Positions 36,112 through 47,970 of a stretch of DNA of 64,000 bases are shown here, piece by piece; the first letter of the stretch is position 1; every line of letters begins with the position of its first letter. This DNA comes from Candidatus Omnitrophota bacterium (GTDB lineage Bacteria; Omnitrophota; Gorgyraeia; Zapsychrales; Zapsychraceae). Location of the stretch: positions 702,361-766,360 of the forward strand of contig JBFWOS010000001.1 of the NCBI GenBank assembly GCA_050250375.1, written 5' to 3'. The translations under genes and the position numbers were made by a program. Below the pieces are notes generated by a model that saw only the letters and a list, made by a program, of their open reading frames with translations, was not told the DNA's origin and ran no database searches.

Positions 36112-37407
36112 TTATGCCGGACATACCTTATTCCGCCCGGTTTCTTTTGCTTCGTAAAGCGCCTGGTCGGCCTTATGGATCAGTTCGTCCATAACCTTGG
36201 CATCGTACGGTAAACAGGCCACGCCGATCGATATGGTGATATTTGTTTTCTCACGCCTGAGAATGACCATGCGCTGCGCGACCATTTCGCGGATTTGTTC
36301 GGCCAGTTCACAGGCCGTCTTTTTCGAACAGTCCGGCAGCATGACGGCAAACTCTTCCCCGCCGTACCGGCAGACCAGATTGCCGGGCTGATTAAAGAAT
36401 TCATCCATCAGCGCGCCGACCGTCTTTAGAACGATATCCCCCGCCATATGGCCGAACTTGTCGTTGTACCCTTTGAATTTATCGATATCAATCATTAAAA
36501 AAGCAAGTTCACCGTCTTTATTTAATTGCCGTGAAATTTCTTTGGACAAACGTTCAAGCAAATACCGCCTCAAATAAAGTCCGGTTAGACCGTCTTTGAT
36601 GGCCAGTTCCTGGACATGGCTGTAGAGCTGGGCGTTTTCAATCGCCACCGCGCCCAGGTCGCCGATGGTCGTGAGGAAACGTAAATCCTGGGTGGAAAAC
36701 TTCTGGCTTAACGGGCTGTCTATTCTTAAAATCCCCAGCGCCTTTCTCCCGACGGTCATCGGAACGCTGATCAGCGAACGGATTACCCGTTCGTCTTCGA
36801 TCTTGATTTTATCGATATCAAACCTGAAATCATTCTTTATATCTTCAATCAGCAGCGGCTGCATGGTCTTGACGATCCAGTGGTCAAATTCATCGCCGTT
36901 TTTGGACTTAAGATTGATGCGCATTTGGCCTTTATGAGAGGACAAAATCCCCAGATCCCCGGTCTTCGAATGGAACAGGTACAAGATGACCGTTGAATCT
37001 TTATCGCCTAACAGATTGCGAACCTCGCGGGAAAGAGATTTGGTCGTATCTTCAAGGGACAAACACATGCTCAACCGTTCCGTCAGCCCTTTCAATTCAG
37101 AAAAATCCGTGATCTTGTCCTGAAACGAACGGATGGTCGCCCCTTCTTTTTTCAGGGAAAAATCAACCAGATTCATCTGCTCCCGGATATCCTGCAGATG
37201 CAGTTCTGTTTCAGCTTTTAATTTGTTGAGTTTCAGATGGGCGGGAACAAGGAACGCCAAAATCGCGGATAAAGAAAACCCGATTAAAAAAAATATCCTC
37301 GCATCAAGCGTGATTGCAAGGATAAACAGGCCTATTAAAGGAATAAATAGGATTAAAATGAGCGGGATAAAATTTTTATGATATTCTTTTTTCAGTTTCT
37401 GGGTCAA
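36112..37407 (-). CDS. Membrane-anchored GAF-GGDEF diguanylate cyclase
   Basis: [16 protein letters not shown]-like central domain. Two N-terminal TM helices. Confidence 0.85.
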   Translation of the reverse strand: MTQKLKKEYHKNFIPLILILFIPLIGLFILAITLDARIFFLIGFSLSAILAFLVPAHLKLNKLKAETELHLQDIREQMNLVDFSLKKEGATIRSFQDKITDFSELKGLTERLSMCLSLEDTTKSLSREVRNLLGDKDSTVILYLFHSKTGDLGILSSHKGQMRINLKSKNGDEFDHWIVKTMQPLLIEDIKNDFRFDIDKIKIEDERVIRSLISVPMTVGRKALGILRIDSPLSQKFSTQDLRFLTTIGDLGAVAIENAQLYSHVQELAIKDGLTGLYLRRYLLERLSKEISRQLNKDGELAFLMIDIDKFKGYNDKFGHMAGDIVLKTVGALMDEFFNQPGNLVCRYGGEEFAVMLPDCSKKTACELAEQIREMVAQRMVILRREKTNITISIGVACLPYDAKVMDELIHKADQALYEAKETGRNKVCPA

Positions 37408-38479
37408 AGAAGTGCACCTTGCTCATATCAAAAACGAGATCCATGTCGCGATTGACTTCTGGTCTGTTATGAGCCCCTACCCGGGCAATAAATGTGTGTT
37501 TGCCCGAATTTAGATACAAATACACCTCTGATCCTAAAGGCTCTACGACTTCGCAGACAGCCCGAATCGTGTTATCCGGAGACGACTGAGACACAAATAG
37601 TTTATCATAGATGTCTTCAGCGCGGATTCCAAAATCGACTTCTTTTCCTTCATAGGGTTTGATCGCCTTAAACATTTCTTCCACCAGTTTCACCTGAAAT
37701 TTACCCTCATCAAAATAATATTTCTGCTCTTTCTTGATAATCTTGCCTTTAAAAAGACTTATCGGCGGAGAACCGATAAAACTGGCGACAAATTTATTGG
37801 CCGGCTGGTCATAAATCGTCATCGGGTCGGCGCATTGCTGAACTTTTCCGTCTTTCATGACACAAATGCGGTCGCCTAATGTCAGGGCTTCGGTCTGATC
37901 ATGGGTCACGTAGATAAAAGTTGTCTGCAGCCTCAAGCGCAGTTTATGAATCTCTGTCCGCATCTGGACCCGCAATTTGGCATCCAGGTTGCTTAAAGGT
38001 TCGTCAAACAAAAAAACCAGGGGTTTGCGGACGATGGCACGCCCGAGAGCAACCCGCTGGCGTTCCCCACCCGAGAGTTGCTTCGGTTTACGTTTCAGCA
38101 TTTTCTTGATCCCGAGAATTTCCGCCGCTTCGGTGACCCGTTTTTCAATTTCCGGCTTTGGATATTTCCGTAATTTCAGCCCGAAGGACATATTTTCGTA
38201 GACCGTCATATGCGGGTAAAGGGCATAATTCTGGAAGACCATGGCAATATCGCGATCTTTGGCAGGGACATCATTCACCAGCCTGTCCGCTATCCAGATA
38301 TTACCTTCTGAGATATCTTCAAGTCCGGCAACCATGCGCAAAGTGGTCGATTTGCCGCATCCGGACGGTCCCACCAGGACCATAAACTCTTTGTTTTCAA
38401 TCCCCAGGCTGACATCATCAACCGCTTTGACGCCGCCTTTGTATATCTTAGAAACATTTTTTAATGATATTTGTGCCAT
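37376..38479 (-). CDS. ABC transporter ATP-binding protein, MalK/UgpC/MsmX type (no permease genes adjacent)
   Basis: Walker [10 protein letters not shown], signature [14 protein letters not shown], and the C-terminal TOBE/regulatory domain. Confidence 0.85.
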   Translation of the reverse strand: MAQISLKNVSKIYKGGVKAVDDVSLGIENKEFMVLVGPSGCGKSTTLRMVAGLEDISEGNIWIADRLVNDVPAKDRDIAMVFQNYALYPHMTVYENMSFGLKLRKYPKPEIEKRVTEAAEILGIKKMLKRKPKQLSGGERQRVALGRAIVRKPLVFLFDEPLSNLDAKLRVQMRTEIHKLRLRLQTTFIYVTHDQTEALTLGDRICVMKDGKVQQCADPMTIYDQPANKFVASFIGSPPISLFKGKIIKKEQKYYFDEGKFQVKLVEEMFKAIKPYEGKEVDFGIRAEDIYDKLFVSQSSPDNTIRAVCEVVEPLGSEVYLYLNSGKHTFIARVGAHNRPEVNRDMDLVFDMSKVHFFDPETEKRIS

Positions 38480-38638
38480 AAGTTTTAATTTTTCTCAGTT
38501 TGTTTAATATATTAGTTTTCTATTCTATTAAAAAACGTATCATTTTGCAAACAATTAAATTATATTTCTTGATAAATAATGGCTCCGTGCGGAAAAAAGG
38601 GGAATCGTTTGATGAACGCGGTGTTGGGAGATTAACGG

Positions 38639-39487
38639 TTAACGGCGGGAAGAGTTTGTATACTCAATAATCCTGGAAATCTGGTCCTTGAGATTTTTAC
38701 GTTCAACGATCATATCGATCAATCCATGGGCCAGCAGGAATTCGGAACTTTGAAAACCTTCCGGTAACTTTTGCCGGATGGTTTGCTCAATGACCCTGGG
38801 GCCGGTAAAACCGATCAGGGCCTTTGGTTCTGCCATAATGATGTCGCCGACTCCCGCAAAGGAGGCCATAATCCCGGCCATAGTCGGGTTGGTCAGACAG
38901 GAAATGTGCAGTTGTCCGGCCGCGTGATGCCGAGCCAAAGCGGAACAGGTCTTGGCCATTTGCATGAGGGAAAACACGCCTTCATACATCCTGGCCCCGC
39001 CTCCTGAACCGGAAACGATGATGACAGGAATTTTTCTTTGAGTCGCTGTTTCAATCGCGCGGGTAATCCTCTCGCCTACAACAGATCCCATCGAACCCAT
39101 GATAAATCTGGAGTCAGTGACGGCAACCATGACCGGAAGACCGTTCATCTGGCCTTCGCCGGATATGACCGCATCCGTCAATCCGGTCAATTTCTGATCC
39201 CCCGCCAGCTTTTCTTTATAAGTTTTTGGCCCTTTAAATTTTAACGGGTCCATCGAAATCAGATCACTGTCACGTTCTTTGAATGTCCCCGGATCAATTA
39301 ACTGGCTTATCCGTTCTTTGGCCGTTAACGAAAAATGGTACCCGCATTTGGTGCAGACATTGAGGTTCGCTTCCAGCTCTTTTTTATAAATGGTAGCGGA
39401 ACACTCCTTGCATTGGGCCCACAGCCCGGCAGGGATATCTTTCTTTTTAACATTAATGAGGGTAAATTTTTTTCGGCCGAATAACAT
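38639..39487 (-). CDS. accD: Acetyl-CoA carboxylase carboxyltransferase beta subunit
   Basis: N-terminal Zn ribbon CKECSATIYKKELEANLNVCTKCGYHF plus the carboxyltransferase domain. Confidence 0.9.
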   Translation of the reverse strand: MLFGRKKFTLINVKKKDIPAGLWAQCKECSATIYKKELEANLNVCTKCGYHFSLTAKERISQLIDPGTFKERDSDLISMDPLKFKGPKTYKEKLAGDQKLTGLTDAVISGEGQMNGLPVMVAVTDSRFIMGSMGSVVGERITRAIETATQRKIPVIIVSGSGGGARMYEGVFSLMQMAKTCSALARHHAAGQLHISCLTNPTMAGIMASFAGVGDIIMAEPKALIGFTGPRVIEQTIRQKLPEGFQSSEFLLAHGLIDMIVERKNLKDQISRIIEYTNSSRR

Positions 39488-39501
39488 CTTATTTTTTCCC
39501 T

Positions 39502-39576
39502 AAAAAAAACTGGTCACAAGCTGAACAACCCAAAATACAGATATTATGTATTTTGAATTTTCCGACATTGTGACCA
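39502..39576 (-). terminator. Putative terminator: long-range stem TGGTCACAA...TTGTGACCA enclosing an inner 8-bp hairpin, followed on the minus strand by a U8 run
   Basis: Lies between the DUF1015 gene stop and the accD start. Confidence 0.45.
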
Positions 39577-39610
39577 ATCTTCATTTATCCTATTATAATA
39601 TTATTATTAA

Positions 39611-40876
39611 TCATTCCAGGCTGTAAACGGTCATTCCGGACAAAACCTTTGGATAAAAATAGGTCGTTTTAGGAGGCATCTTCTCCCCGTTCAGCGCGAT
39701 GGCTTTCAGTTGGGCAATCTTGACCGCATTCATGATAAAGCCTGCTTCCGCGTTTGAATTATCCACTTCACTCGTAAGATCGTTCAGATTTTTTGTATAG
39801 GCGATATCGTCTGATTTTACCCCGACCTTGTCAAAAATAAAACACTTAAGAATGTTAGCATCCAGACTCTTTAATTCTTTCGACCCTTTTTTGACAAATT
39901 CATCAATCAATAATTTATTTTTAAGCCGCAGCAATTTAATCCCCTCCCGGGTATACAAACCGAAGGCGTGTTCATTTTGCCCCGCCTTGGCCAGCAGGAT
40001 TTGCAATTCATTTATCGTCTTGATCTTGTCGATCCGGAAATATTCTTCCAGAAAATCCATTTTCTTAGGGATTTTTTTGACAATCCGGTGCATGGGAAAA
40101 ATCTGCAGGTCCTTAGAATCCAGATTCGTGAAATACGTCATGACAAAGTTAAAGGGTTCTTTCCCGTTTGAATTCGGTGTTTCGCTTAATTTGAGCTTTC
40201 TGAGCTCATTCGCCATCTTGAACCGGTGGTGGCCGTCCGCGATAAACAGGTTCTGGTCAACGATTGAATCCTGAATCTCAGCAATGATGTCCGGATCCGT
40301 AAAATTCCACATCTTGTGGCGGACCCCGTCAGCATCCTTGATATCGATCATCGGCTCATTACTGAGTATATGTTTATTGAATATTTTCTCGACTTTGCGC
40401 TGCCGGTCGGAATAACAGACAAAAATTGAACTCAAACTTGAATTCAATGTCTTGGTCAGCTTAAAACGGTCATCGACCGCGTCATCATGCGTATTTTCAT
40501 GCGGATGGACCTTGGATTCTTCATCCTCCTGCATTTCGAGCAAAGCGACAAAACCCAGCCGGGAATGCTTTTCTCCCATGACCTTATATTCCTGCTTATA
40601 AAAATAAATAGCCGGTTTTTCATCCTGGATTAGGATCTTTTTCTCAATCCAGCCGTCATAAATCTTTTTCGCCCGGATATATTTATTGTTTTCCAGGTTG
40701 TCCCCCGGCATATCCTTGGCCAGATCGATATGCGTAAAGTTATACGGGCTGAGGTTCTGGAGCTCCGTCTGTAATTCCTGTGAAATGACATCATACGGAG
40801 GTGTAACGACCTCGGTGAAATCTTTGATTTTATTCTTATTGTAAAAGTAAGCTTTAAATGGTTTAATTCCAGGCAT
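39611..40876 (-). CDS. DUF1015-family protein
   Basis: MPGIKPFKAYFYN...VTPPYDVIS N-terminus and the conserved IADGHHR motif. Confidence 0.7.
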   Translation of the reverse strand: MPGIKPFKAYFYNKNKIKDFTEVVTPPYDVISQELQTELQNLSPYNFTHIDLAKDMPGDNLENNKYIRAKKIYDGWIEKKILIQDEKPAIYFYKQEYKVMGEKHSRLGFVALLEMQEDEESKVHPHENTHDDAVDDRFKLTKTLNSSLSSIFVCYSDRQRKVEKIFNKHILSNEPMIDIKDADGVRHKMWNFTDPDIIAEIQDSIVDQNLFIADGHHRFKMANELRKLKLSETPNSNGKEPFNFVMTYFTNLDSKDLQIFPMHRIVKKIPKKMDFLEEYFRIDKIKTINELQILLAKAGQNEHAFGLYTREGIKLLRLKNKLLIDEFVKKGSKELKSLDANILKCFIFDKVGVKSDDIAYTKNLNDLTSEVDNSNAEAGFIMNAVKIAQLKAIALNGEKMPPKTTYFYPKVLSGMTVYSLE

Positions 40877-40878
40877 AA

Positions 40879-41256
40879 TTAGTAGGTTCTCTTTTTCTTA
40901 AAGTTGTCTATCCAAGTGTATGTTAATCCCCCCAAAAAACCCCCGGCTGTGTCAGCCAATACATCCAATAACCCGGACTCTCTTCCAGCCACGAACGATT
41001 GATGATATTCATCGCTCAGGCCGTATAACAAAGATCCGATGGTTGCCAACATGATAATCGTTGGGCGGTCGATCCCGGGCCGGGAACCTTTTATAGCCCT
41101 GGCCAGCAGAAGACCGAACAAACCGTATTCGACAAGGTGGCAAAATTTATCAAAATGCGGTATTTTCTGCGGTGCCGGCACGTGGTGCAGTGACGACACA
41201 TAAAAAATAATACCAGAATAAAGAATAACTGGAAACCAAAATCTAATAAAATTCAT
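40879..41256 (-). CDS. VanZ-like family membrane protein
   Basis: 125 aa with 3-4 TM helices. FDKFCHLVEYGLFGLLL motif. Confidence 0.6.
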   Translation of the reverse strand: MNFIRFWFPVILYSGIIFYVSSLHHVPAPQKIPHFDKFCHLVEYGLFGLLLARAIKGSRPGIDRPTIIMLATIGSLLYGLSDEYHQSFVAGRESGLLDVLADTAGGFLGGLTYTWIDNFKKKRTY

Positions 41257-41271
41257 AAAATACGAACAATC

Positions 41272-41547
41272 CTAATCGTCCGACTTATTATCGCTTTTTA
41301 CCGCCGTTGCATCAGAGGCAGCCTTGGGAGCCCCTTCGGATTCCTTCTTTTTCGGTTCAGTTTTGGTCTTAAAATCGGTTTCATAAAAACCGGTCCCCTT
41401 AAATATGATCCCGCCGCCTGTCCCGATCAGCCGCTGGAGTTTCATCTTTCCGCATTTCGGGCATTTCCGAAGCTTTTTCTCCATCATTGATTGCAATTCT
41501 TCAAAACTGTGACCGCATTCCGTACACTCATATTCATAAGTCGGCAT
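41272..41547 (-). CDS. FmdB-family zinc-ribbon protein
   Basis: MPTYEYECTECGHSFE...CPKCG. Confidence 0.7.
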   Translation of the reverse strand: MPTYEYECTECGHSFEELQSMMEKKLRKCPKCGKMKLQRLIGTGGGIIFKGTGFYETDFKTKTEPKKKESEGAPKAASDATAVKSDNKSDD

Positions 41548-41556
41548 AAAACACCT

Positions 41557-42684
41557 CTATTTAAATACTTTCTTGATTTTTTCTTTGATTGTTTCCCCTT
41601 TGGCGATATCAATACCGCTGATCTTGGCCAATTCCATCAGTAATTTCCGCTGTTCCACCGACAATTTCTCCGGAACATCCAGCATGATTTTCACGTATTG
41701 ATCGCCTTGTCCGCCGCCGCGTAAATCAGGAACACCTTTTCCTTTCAACCGAAAAACCTTACCGCTTTGGGTGCCGGCAGGGATCTTCATGGAGACTTTC
41801 CCGTCTAATGTCGGGACCGATATTTCGGAACCTAACGCGGCGATTAAATAATTAATGTGAAGTTCCAGATAGATGTCATTATGATCCCGCTGAAACTGGC
41901 CATGCGGTAAAACATGAATATAAATATACAAATCACCTTTTCCGTCACGGCCGGTTTCACCTTCTCCCTGAACCCGCAGGCGTGAGGAGTTGTCCACCCC
42001 GGCCGGGATGTTGACATCGATATTACGCGTCAAACGGATTTTCCCGTGGCCACTGCAGTCAGGGCATTTTTCCGTAATCGTTTTGCCTTGCCCGCCGCAA
42101 TGGTGGCAGGTCTGCTGCATCCGGAAGAATCCGCTGGAGACAACCGTGTACCCTGAACCCTGGCATGCCGAACATTTGGTTAAACTCGTCCCGTTCTTGG
42201 CTCCCGTCCCCTGACAGGGCGCGCAATATTCATGCCGGGGAACTTTAATATTCTTCTTTATCCCCTTATAAACTTCTTCCAGGGTGATTTCGACTTCGTA
42301 CTGGATATCAGCGCCGCGATCGGCCCGGCGGCCGCCCCCTCGGGAAGCCCCGCCGAATATATCGCCAAAATTACCGCTTCCAAAAAACTGGCTGAAAATA
42401 TCACCCAGGTCGCCAAAATCCGCGCCTTTAAATATATCTTCCGCCGTGTAATTCTGGTCGATACCCGCATGACCGTACTGGTCATACAACTGCCTTTTTT
42501 TAGGGTCGGATAAAACGCCGTACGCTTCCGAAATCTCTTTAAACTTCTCCTCGGATTCCGCTTTCTTGCTTTCTTCAACGCGGTCCGGATGGAATTTCAG
42601 CGCCAGCGACCGGTATTTCTTCTTTATTTCCTGCACGGTCGATTCCTTGGATACACCTAAAATTTCGTAATAATCTTTTTTCAT
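41557..42684 (-). CDS. dnaJ: Chaperone DnaJ
   Basis: J domain (YYEILGV...HPDR), G/F region, and four CxxCxGxG repeats. Confidence 0.95.
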   Translation of the reverse strand: MKKDYYEILGVSKESTVQEIKKKYRSLALKFHPDRVEESKKAESEEKFKEISEAYGVLSDPKKRQLYDQYGHAGIDQNYTAEDIFKGADFGDLGDIFSQFFGSGNFGDIFGGASRGGGRRADRGADIQYEVEITLEEVYKGIKKNIKVPRHEYCAPCQGTGAKNGTSLTKCSACQGSGYTVVSSGFFRMQQTCHHCGGQGKTITEKCPDCSGHGKIRLTRNIDVNIPAGVDNSSRLRVQGEGETGRDGKGDLYIYIHVLPHGQFQRDHNDIYLELHINYLIAALGSEISVPTLDGKVSMKIPAGTQSGKVFRLKGKGVPDLRGGGQGDQYVKIMLDVPEKLSVEQRKLLMELAKISGIDIAKGETIKEKIKKVFK

Positions 42685-42760
42685 TCTGAGAATCCCGTCC
42701 CCATAAGATAACGTAATTGATTAAAATCATTCCTGACTTCAATTAACCAACACGATTGAT

Positions 42761-44701
42761 TTATTTTTCATCCTCTGCCTTAAAGTCGGCATCAATAACG
42801 TCATCGTTGCCTTTTGCTCCGCCCCCGGAACCGCCGTGAGAAGATCCTTCCTGCGATCCACCGGCAGACGACGATTTTTGTGACCCCGCTGCTCCGGCCC
42901 CGGCTGTTTGTTGGGCATCCTGGGAGGTGGCCTTGTAAACTTCTTCCGCCAGTTTATGGCTGGCCTTGGTCAAAGACTCTTTGGCTGTTTTTATCTTTTC
43001 GAGATCCTTGCCGGCAATGGCTTGCCGAAGTTTTTCCAATTCCGCCTCTATGTTCTTTTTGTCACTGTCTGATACCTTATCCCCATACTCCTTCAGGGAC
43101 TTTTCGGTCGAATACAAAAGGGCATTGGCCTCATTGGTCGCTTCAACCTCTTCCTTTTTCTTTTTATCCTGCTCGGCATACTTTTCAGCCTCTTTAACCA
43201 TCTTTTCAATTTCCGCATCGGATAATTTTGTTGAAGCGGTAATCTTGATGGACTGTTCTTTCCCGGTCCCTTTGTCTTTGGCCGTGACGTGGACAATCCC
43301 GTCCGTGTCGATGTCAAACGTAACCTCAATTTGAGGGACGCCGCGCGGTGCCGGAGGAATCCCGACCAGGTCAAAACGGCCTAATTCCGTATTGTCGCCG
43401 GCCATCTGACGTTCACCCTGCAAAACACGGATTGTCACCGCTGACTGATTTTCATCCGCGGTTGAAAATACCTGGCTTTTCTTAATCGGGATGGTTGTAT
43501 TCCGTTCAATCAACTTGGTCATGACCCCGCCCATTGTTTCTATCCCCAGCGTTAACGGGGTAACATCCAACAGCAACACTTCTTTCGCGTCACCCTTGAC
43601 GATACCGGCCTGAACAGCCGCTCCCAGGGCAACACATTCCATCGGATCAATGCCGCGTTCAATCTTTTGCCCGACCTGTTTTTCAACAAATTCCTGGACA
43701 ATCGGCATACGCGTCGGACCGCCGACCAAAATAACTTTATCCACTTTGACGTCCTCGCCCAGTTTACTGCTAGCGTCTTTCATGGCCTGGACAAGCGGAA
43801 TCTTGCACCGGTCAACAATGGAAGACACCAGACTTTCCAATTTCGCCCGGTCAATCGTCAGGGTTAAATGCTTTGGTCCCGAGGCATCCGCCGTGATAAA
43901 CGGGAGATTGACGTCCGTCGATACGGTACTGGACAATTCCACCTTGGCTTTTTCTGCGGCTTCGCGTAACCGTTGAAAGGCCATCTTGTCCGTCTTCAGG
44001 TCAATCCCTGTTTCCTTTTTAAATTCATCAATAATATGATCAATCAGGACATTATCCATATCCGTCCCGCCCAGATGATTGTCTCCGTTGGTGGCCAAAA
44101 CTTCAAAGGTGCCCGCCTCGTGTTCGGCATCCCATCCCATCTCCAGGATGGTGACATCCAGCGTCCCGCCGCCCAGATCAAAGACCATAATTTTCTGTTC
44201 TTTCCCAGCCTTATCGACACCGTAAGCCAGACACGCGGCTGTCGGCTCGTTGATGATCCTCAACACTTTTAAACCGGCAATTTCACCGGCGTCTTTTGTC
44301 GCCTGTCGCTGGTTATCATTAAAGTAGGCCGGCACGGTAATAACGGCCTCTTCGATTTTATCTCCCAGGAATTTTTCCGCATCGGCTTTTATTTTCTGCA
44401 GGATAAAAGCACTGATTTGCTGTGGAGTGAATTCTTTTCCGGCGACTTCGAATTTATGGTTCGTGCCCATTTTTCGTTTGGCCGCATAAATCGTCCCCTG
44501 TGAATTGACAGGCGCCTGCCGTCTGGCTGGTTCTCCGACCAGCTTTTGTCCGTCTTTAGTAAACGCAACGAAAGACGGAAATGCTTTACCCGAAGCAACA
44601 CCGGCTCCTTCAGCCGACGGAATAATAACCGGACGGCCGCCTTCCAAAACAGCCGCCGCTGAATTTGATGTCCCTAAATCTATGCCAATTGCTTTTGCCA
44701 T
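42761..44701 (-). CDS. dnaK: Chaperone DnaK (Hsp70)
   Basis: [18 protein letters not shown] and related Hsp70 signatures. 646 aa. Confidence 0.97.
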   Translation of the reverse strand: MAKAIGIDLGTSNSAAAVLEGGRPVIIPSAEGAGVASGKAFPSFVAFTKDGQKLVGEPARRQAPVNSQGTIYAAKRKMGTNHKFEVAGKEFTPQQISAFILQKIKADAEKFLGDKIEEAVITVPAYFNDNQRQATKDAGEIAGLKVLRIINEPTAACLAYGVDKAGKEQKIMVFDLGGGTLDVTILEMGWDAEHEAGTFEVLATNGDNHLGGTDMDNVLIDHIIDEFKKETGIDLKTDKMAFQRLREAAEKAKVELSSTVSTDVNLPFITADASGPKHLTLTIDRAKLESLVSSIVDRCKIPLVQAMKDASSKLGEDVKVDKVILVGGPTRMPIVQEFVEKQVGQKIERGIDPMECVALGAAVQAGIVKGDAKEVLLLDVTPLTLGIETMGGVMTKLIERNTTIPIKKSQVFSTADENQSAVTIRVLQGERQMAGDNTELGRFDLVGIPPAPRGVPQIEVTFDIDTDGIVHVTAKDKGTGKEQSIKITASTKLSDAEIEKMVKEAEKYAEQDKKKKEEVEATNEANALLYSTEKSLKEYGDKVSDSDKKNIEAELEKLRQAIAGKDLEKIKTAKESLTKASHKLAEEVYKATSQDAQQTAGAGAAGSQKSSSAGGSQEGSSHGGSGGGAKGNDDVIDADFKAEDEK

Positions 44702-44729
44702 GGTTTCTTCCTCCTGATAATTTGAAATC

Positions 44730-45353
44730 CTATTTCGACGTTTTCATCGACACTTTAACTTTGACGGTCCGGATAACCTTTTCCCCCAGACGATACCCCT
44801 TCTGGAATTCCTCAAGAACAGTACCGTCTTCATGTTCGTCATTTTCCTCCTGCAGCAGAATTTCGTGCGCATGCGGATCAAACGGTTTACCTTTGGCTTC
44901 AATGGGGACCACCCCGTTCTTCTTTAACAAATCTTTAGCCTGGGACACGACCATCTCAATCCCCTTAATCAGGGCGTCCTGGTCCTGCTTTTGCTTGGCG
45001 GAGGACAGTGACAATTCCAGATTGTCCAACACCCCGAGAAAATCCAGCAAAAGCTCTTCATTCGCATACTTAATGAATTCAATCCTGTCCCGTTCCATAC
45101 GTTTTCTGGCGTTGTCAAATTCGGCGAATAGACGAATATATTTATCTTTGTATTCAGCGGCGTCCGCCGCCATCTTGTTGTATTCCGATTCCTTGATGCT
45201 GACCGTCTTGTCCTCTTTACTTTTAATTTTTTCGTCTTTACCCGCCTCATGCTCCGGGGAAACATCGCCGGCCTTACCTTCTTCAATGGGTTTCCCTGAA
45301 AGATCGTTTTTAGCTTTGTCTGTCATTTTTAAATCTTCTGTCATGTCCTTCAC
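44730..45353 (-). CDS. grpE: Nucleotide exchange factor GrpE
   Basis: [18 protein letters not shown] motif. Confidence 0.9.
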   Translation of the reverse strand: MKDMTEDLKMTDKAKNDLSGKPIEEGKAGDVSPEHEAGKDEKIKSKEDKTVSIKESEYNKMAADAAEYKDKYIRLFAEFDNARKRMERDRIEFIKYANEELLLDFLGVLDNLELSLSSAKQKQDQDALIKGIEMVVSQAKDLLKKNGVVPIEAKGKPFDPHAHEILLQEENDEHEDGTVLEEFQKGYRLGEKVIRTVKVKVSMKTSK

Positions 45354-46091
45354 CTACGATAATTCTTCAATTAAGTTAGTAAAATACTCTAAAGTAGAAA
45401 CAACGCGTTCATAATTCATACGGGTCGGTCCCAAAATAGCCATTCTTCCCGTCGGTCCTGTCTTTGTCCGATAAGTTGTGATCACAAGCGAACAAGTGTT
45501 CATTTCAGCCAGGGCAATTTCCTGACCGATATAAATGTTGACCTTTTCTCTTAATTTCTGGTTGATTAACAACAGCAATTGTTCTTTTTCATCCAATGCT
45601 TTCAAGATGCTCTTAATTTTTTCGATATCCTGATAATCCGGGTACTGCACCACGTGATTAGCCCCCCGGAGGAAAATCTGATGCTCCTGGCCGTCAATAG
45701 AAATAATGCTGGTCAAACTTGTAATGTTGGATAATACCCTTGATGTTTGATCCAGTAAATTGTCCAGTTCGAGACTTTGTTTATCATATTCGTTTTTGAT
45801 CCTTTTTTTCTCTTCTTCAAGCAGATTGATTTCGTTCATCAAATTATCGACATAATACCGGTACCCTTTTTGGGTCGGTATACGCCCGGCTGACGTGTGC
45901 GGATGGGTCAAAAATCCTTCTTCCTCCAATTCCGCAAAGATATTCCTGATCGTTGCGGAACTCAACCCGATCGGATAGACATTTGAAATAAATGTAGAAC
46001 TGACCGGAGTCACGGTCTGGATATAATGCGCAATGGTCAAGGCGAGTATCCGGTCTTTCCTGAATTTTATTTCTTCTCTGGTTAAAACCAC
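45354..46091 (-). CDS. hrcA: Heat-inducible transcription repressor HrcA (short form, GTG start)
   Basis: N-terminal wHTH LSSATIRNIFAELEEEGFLTHPHTSAGRIPTQKGYRYYVD. Canonical hrcA-grpE-dnaK-dnaJ order. CIRCE immediately upstream. Confidence 0.8.
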   Translation of the reverse strand: MVLTREEIKFRKDRILALTIAHYIQTVTPVSSTFISNVYPIGLSSATIRNIFAELEEEGFLTHPHTSAGRIPTQKGYRYYVDNLMNEINLLEEEKKRIKNEYDKQSLELDNLLDQTSRVLSNITSLTSIISIDGQEHQIFLRGANHVVQYPDYQDIEKIKSILKALDEKEQLLLLINQKLREKVNIYIGQEIALAEMNTCSLVITTYRTKTGPTGRMAILGPTRMNYERVVSTLEYFTNLIEELS

Positions 46092-46139
46092 AATTATTTC
46101 CGGGTTAAATGGTTAATATTCTCATAAACTTGCTTAAAA

Positions 46140-46166
46140 TTAGCACTCACGCCCATTGAATGCTAA
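46140..46166 (-). promoter_or_regulatory. CIRCE operator (TTAGCACTC-N9-GAATGCTAA) upstream of hrcA
   Basis: Matches the consensus TTAGCACTC-N9-GAGTGCTAA with one mismatch. Confidence 0.8.
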
Positions 46167-46309
46167 GGGCGTATTATAACAAAATTCTTTATGTTGTCAA
46201 TATTAACGTATTCCGCCAGGCTTAATTTTCAAAATATCGATAATTTTATTGAACAACAAACTTATTAATATAATTAATAATATTATAAGTTTAATGTAAT
46301 TACCCGGGA

Positions 46310-46957
46310 TTACAGGGCTTCCAGCTTTTTGGTTAAAACGAGGACATCATCTAAATACTCTTCAATCACGGATGATTCGGTTACAAACCGCAACGCTTTA
46401 TGTATGCTTCTTCCGGTGGAATCAAATTCGACAATAATAGTCCCGGAAGAGATTTTGACCGCCATCATCGGTCTTCCCCAGGTGTCGACATCCTGGAACT
46501 TCTTCAATATTTTAAGTACCTTTACGTCATCCAAAAACACTTCGGCTGCCGGAGGATTATTACTGAAGGCTCCGAAATTCTGTAATTCTTTCGGCAAACG
46601 GACGACCCCATGCTGAACCGTCTTGGAATGTTCAATTAATTGGGTTCTTTTTTTCTCACCAAACGTTAATGTCAATTTGCTCGTTGTAGAAATTTTAATA
46701 TACGATTTGTAAATCTTATCTTTGAAACTAGCCGCTTCGATATCTTCATAATTAAATTTGTATCCTTCAAAATCAAAACTGATTCTGTAAGAATTCTGGT
46801 AATCCTCAATCGGGACTAACTTACCTTCCAATACTTTAGCCAAATCAGCCAGCAGATCTTCCCGGGATTTCTTTTTTGAGGGAGATCCGCTGTTGAGGAA
46901 CATGATCCCCGCAATAAATAAAATAACCACCCCGATGATAATTAAATTCGTTGTCAT
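46310..46957 (-). CDS. Hypothetical membrane-anchored protein
   Basis: N-terminal TM helix. 215 aa. Confidence 0.45.
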   Translation of the reverse strand: MTTNLIIIGVVILFIAGIMFLNSGSPSKKKSREDLLADLAKVLEGKLVPIEDYQNSYRISFDFEGYKFNYEDIEAASFKDKIYKSYIKISTTSKLTLTFGEKKRTQLIEHSKTVQHGVVRLPKELQNFGAFSNNPPAAEVFLDDVKVLKILKKFQDVDTWGRPMMAVKISSGTIIVEFDSTGRSIHKALRFVTESSVIEEYLDDVLVLTKKLEAL

Positions 46958-47901
46958 TGCATTTTGCCTTTATTTTCTGAAATCAATTGTCCGGCGTTAT
47001 CATAAATCCTGTTTGAGGTCTTAATTCCATTTTGATAACCGATTTCGCTCAACAGACCTCCACTGGCGTTATACATTTTGAAAGTCCCTTCCCTTTGATT
47101 ATTCATAAATTGACCAACGGTTTTTAACGCTCCATTTTCATGAAACTCCTGGTACAATCCTTCTCGCCGGCCTTTTACGATATTCATTTTTTGTTTTAAA
47201 GTGCCTGATGGGAAATATTCAACAATCGACGAACTGACCAGCTCTCCGTTGGTAAGCGTTTTCTCGCTTTTCAATTCTCCCGTGCTGTAAAACTCCTTGA
47301 CGGTGCCGTTTGGCACACCATCGTTCGCTTCGTATGATTTAACCAGATTTCCGGAAGAGTCAAATTCCCGGATCAATCCTTTTTGGGTACCGTTTACAAA
47401 TTCCGCTTCGTGTATGACTGTCCCTTCCGGCGAATATTCCCTGGCCTGGCCGTTCTCGACGTCTTTTTTATAGTTCCGGGTATAAAGCGGAAATCCGTTT
47501 GGCTGGTATTCTACCACCAGACCATCCAGTTGACCATCTTTATAATCGGCTTCACTGACCAACTTTCCATCTTCGCTAAACGTTCTGACCTGCCCATGAA
47601 GAACACCGTCTTTATACTTCATTTCAATTTTAGGCGAGCCGTTTAAATAATATCCTCTGGCCACATTTTGTATAATACCATTCTGGTACAATCCCTCACC
47701 GCTGAGTTTGCCGTTCTTATGAAAAATATTGAAAGGCCCGTTGGGCTGGCCGTCTTTGTATGTAATCAGCCGTTTCAGTTCTCCGGTTTCGTAAAACTCT
47801 TCGTACAAACCGTCCCGAATTGATGTCGGCAAGCCATCAGCAGTGACCGATGAAACAGCTGTTGCAACCATAAAGCAAACCATAAGAATTTTACATTTCA
47901 T
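46954..47901 (-). CDS. Secreted MORN-variant (YwqK-like) repeat protein
   Basis: Signal peptide. About 12 repeats of the G.Y..Y..G.L. type (KDGVLHGQVRTFSEDGKL...). Confidence 0.7.
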   Translation of the reverse strand: MKCKILMVCFMVATAVSSVTADGLPTSIRDGLYEEFYETGELKRLITYKDGQPNGPFNIFHKNGKLSGEGLYQNGIIQNVARGYYLNGSPKIEMKYKDGVLHGQVRTFSEDGKLVSEADYKDGQLDGLVVEYQPNGFPLYTRNYKKDVENGQAREYSPEGTVIHEAEFVNGTQKGLIREFDSSGNLVKSYEANDGVPNGTVKEFYSTGELKSEKTLTNGELVSSSIVEYFPSGTLKQKMNIVKGRREGLYQEFHENGALKTVGQFMNNQREGTFKMYNASGGLLSEIGYQNGIKTSNRIYDNAGQLISENKGKMQ

Positions 47902-47970
47902 ATAAATGTCCTGGCATTAACCACACGACCTTACGAGTTGGCCTGATATTTTCTACTATTATAGTATGCT

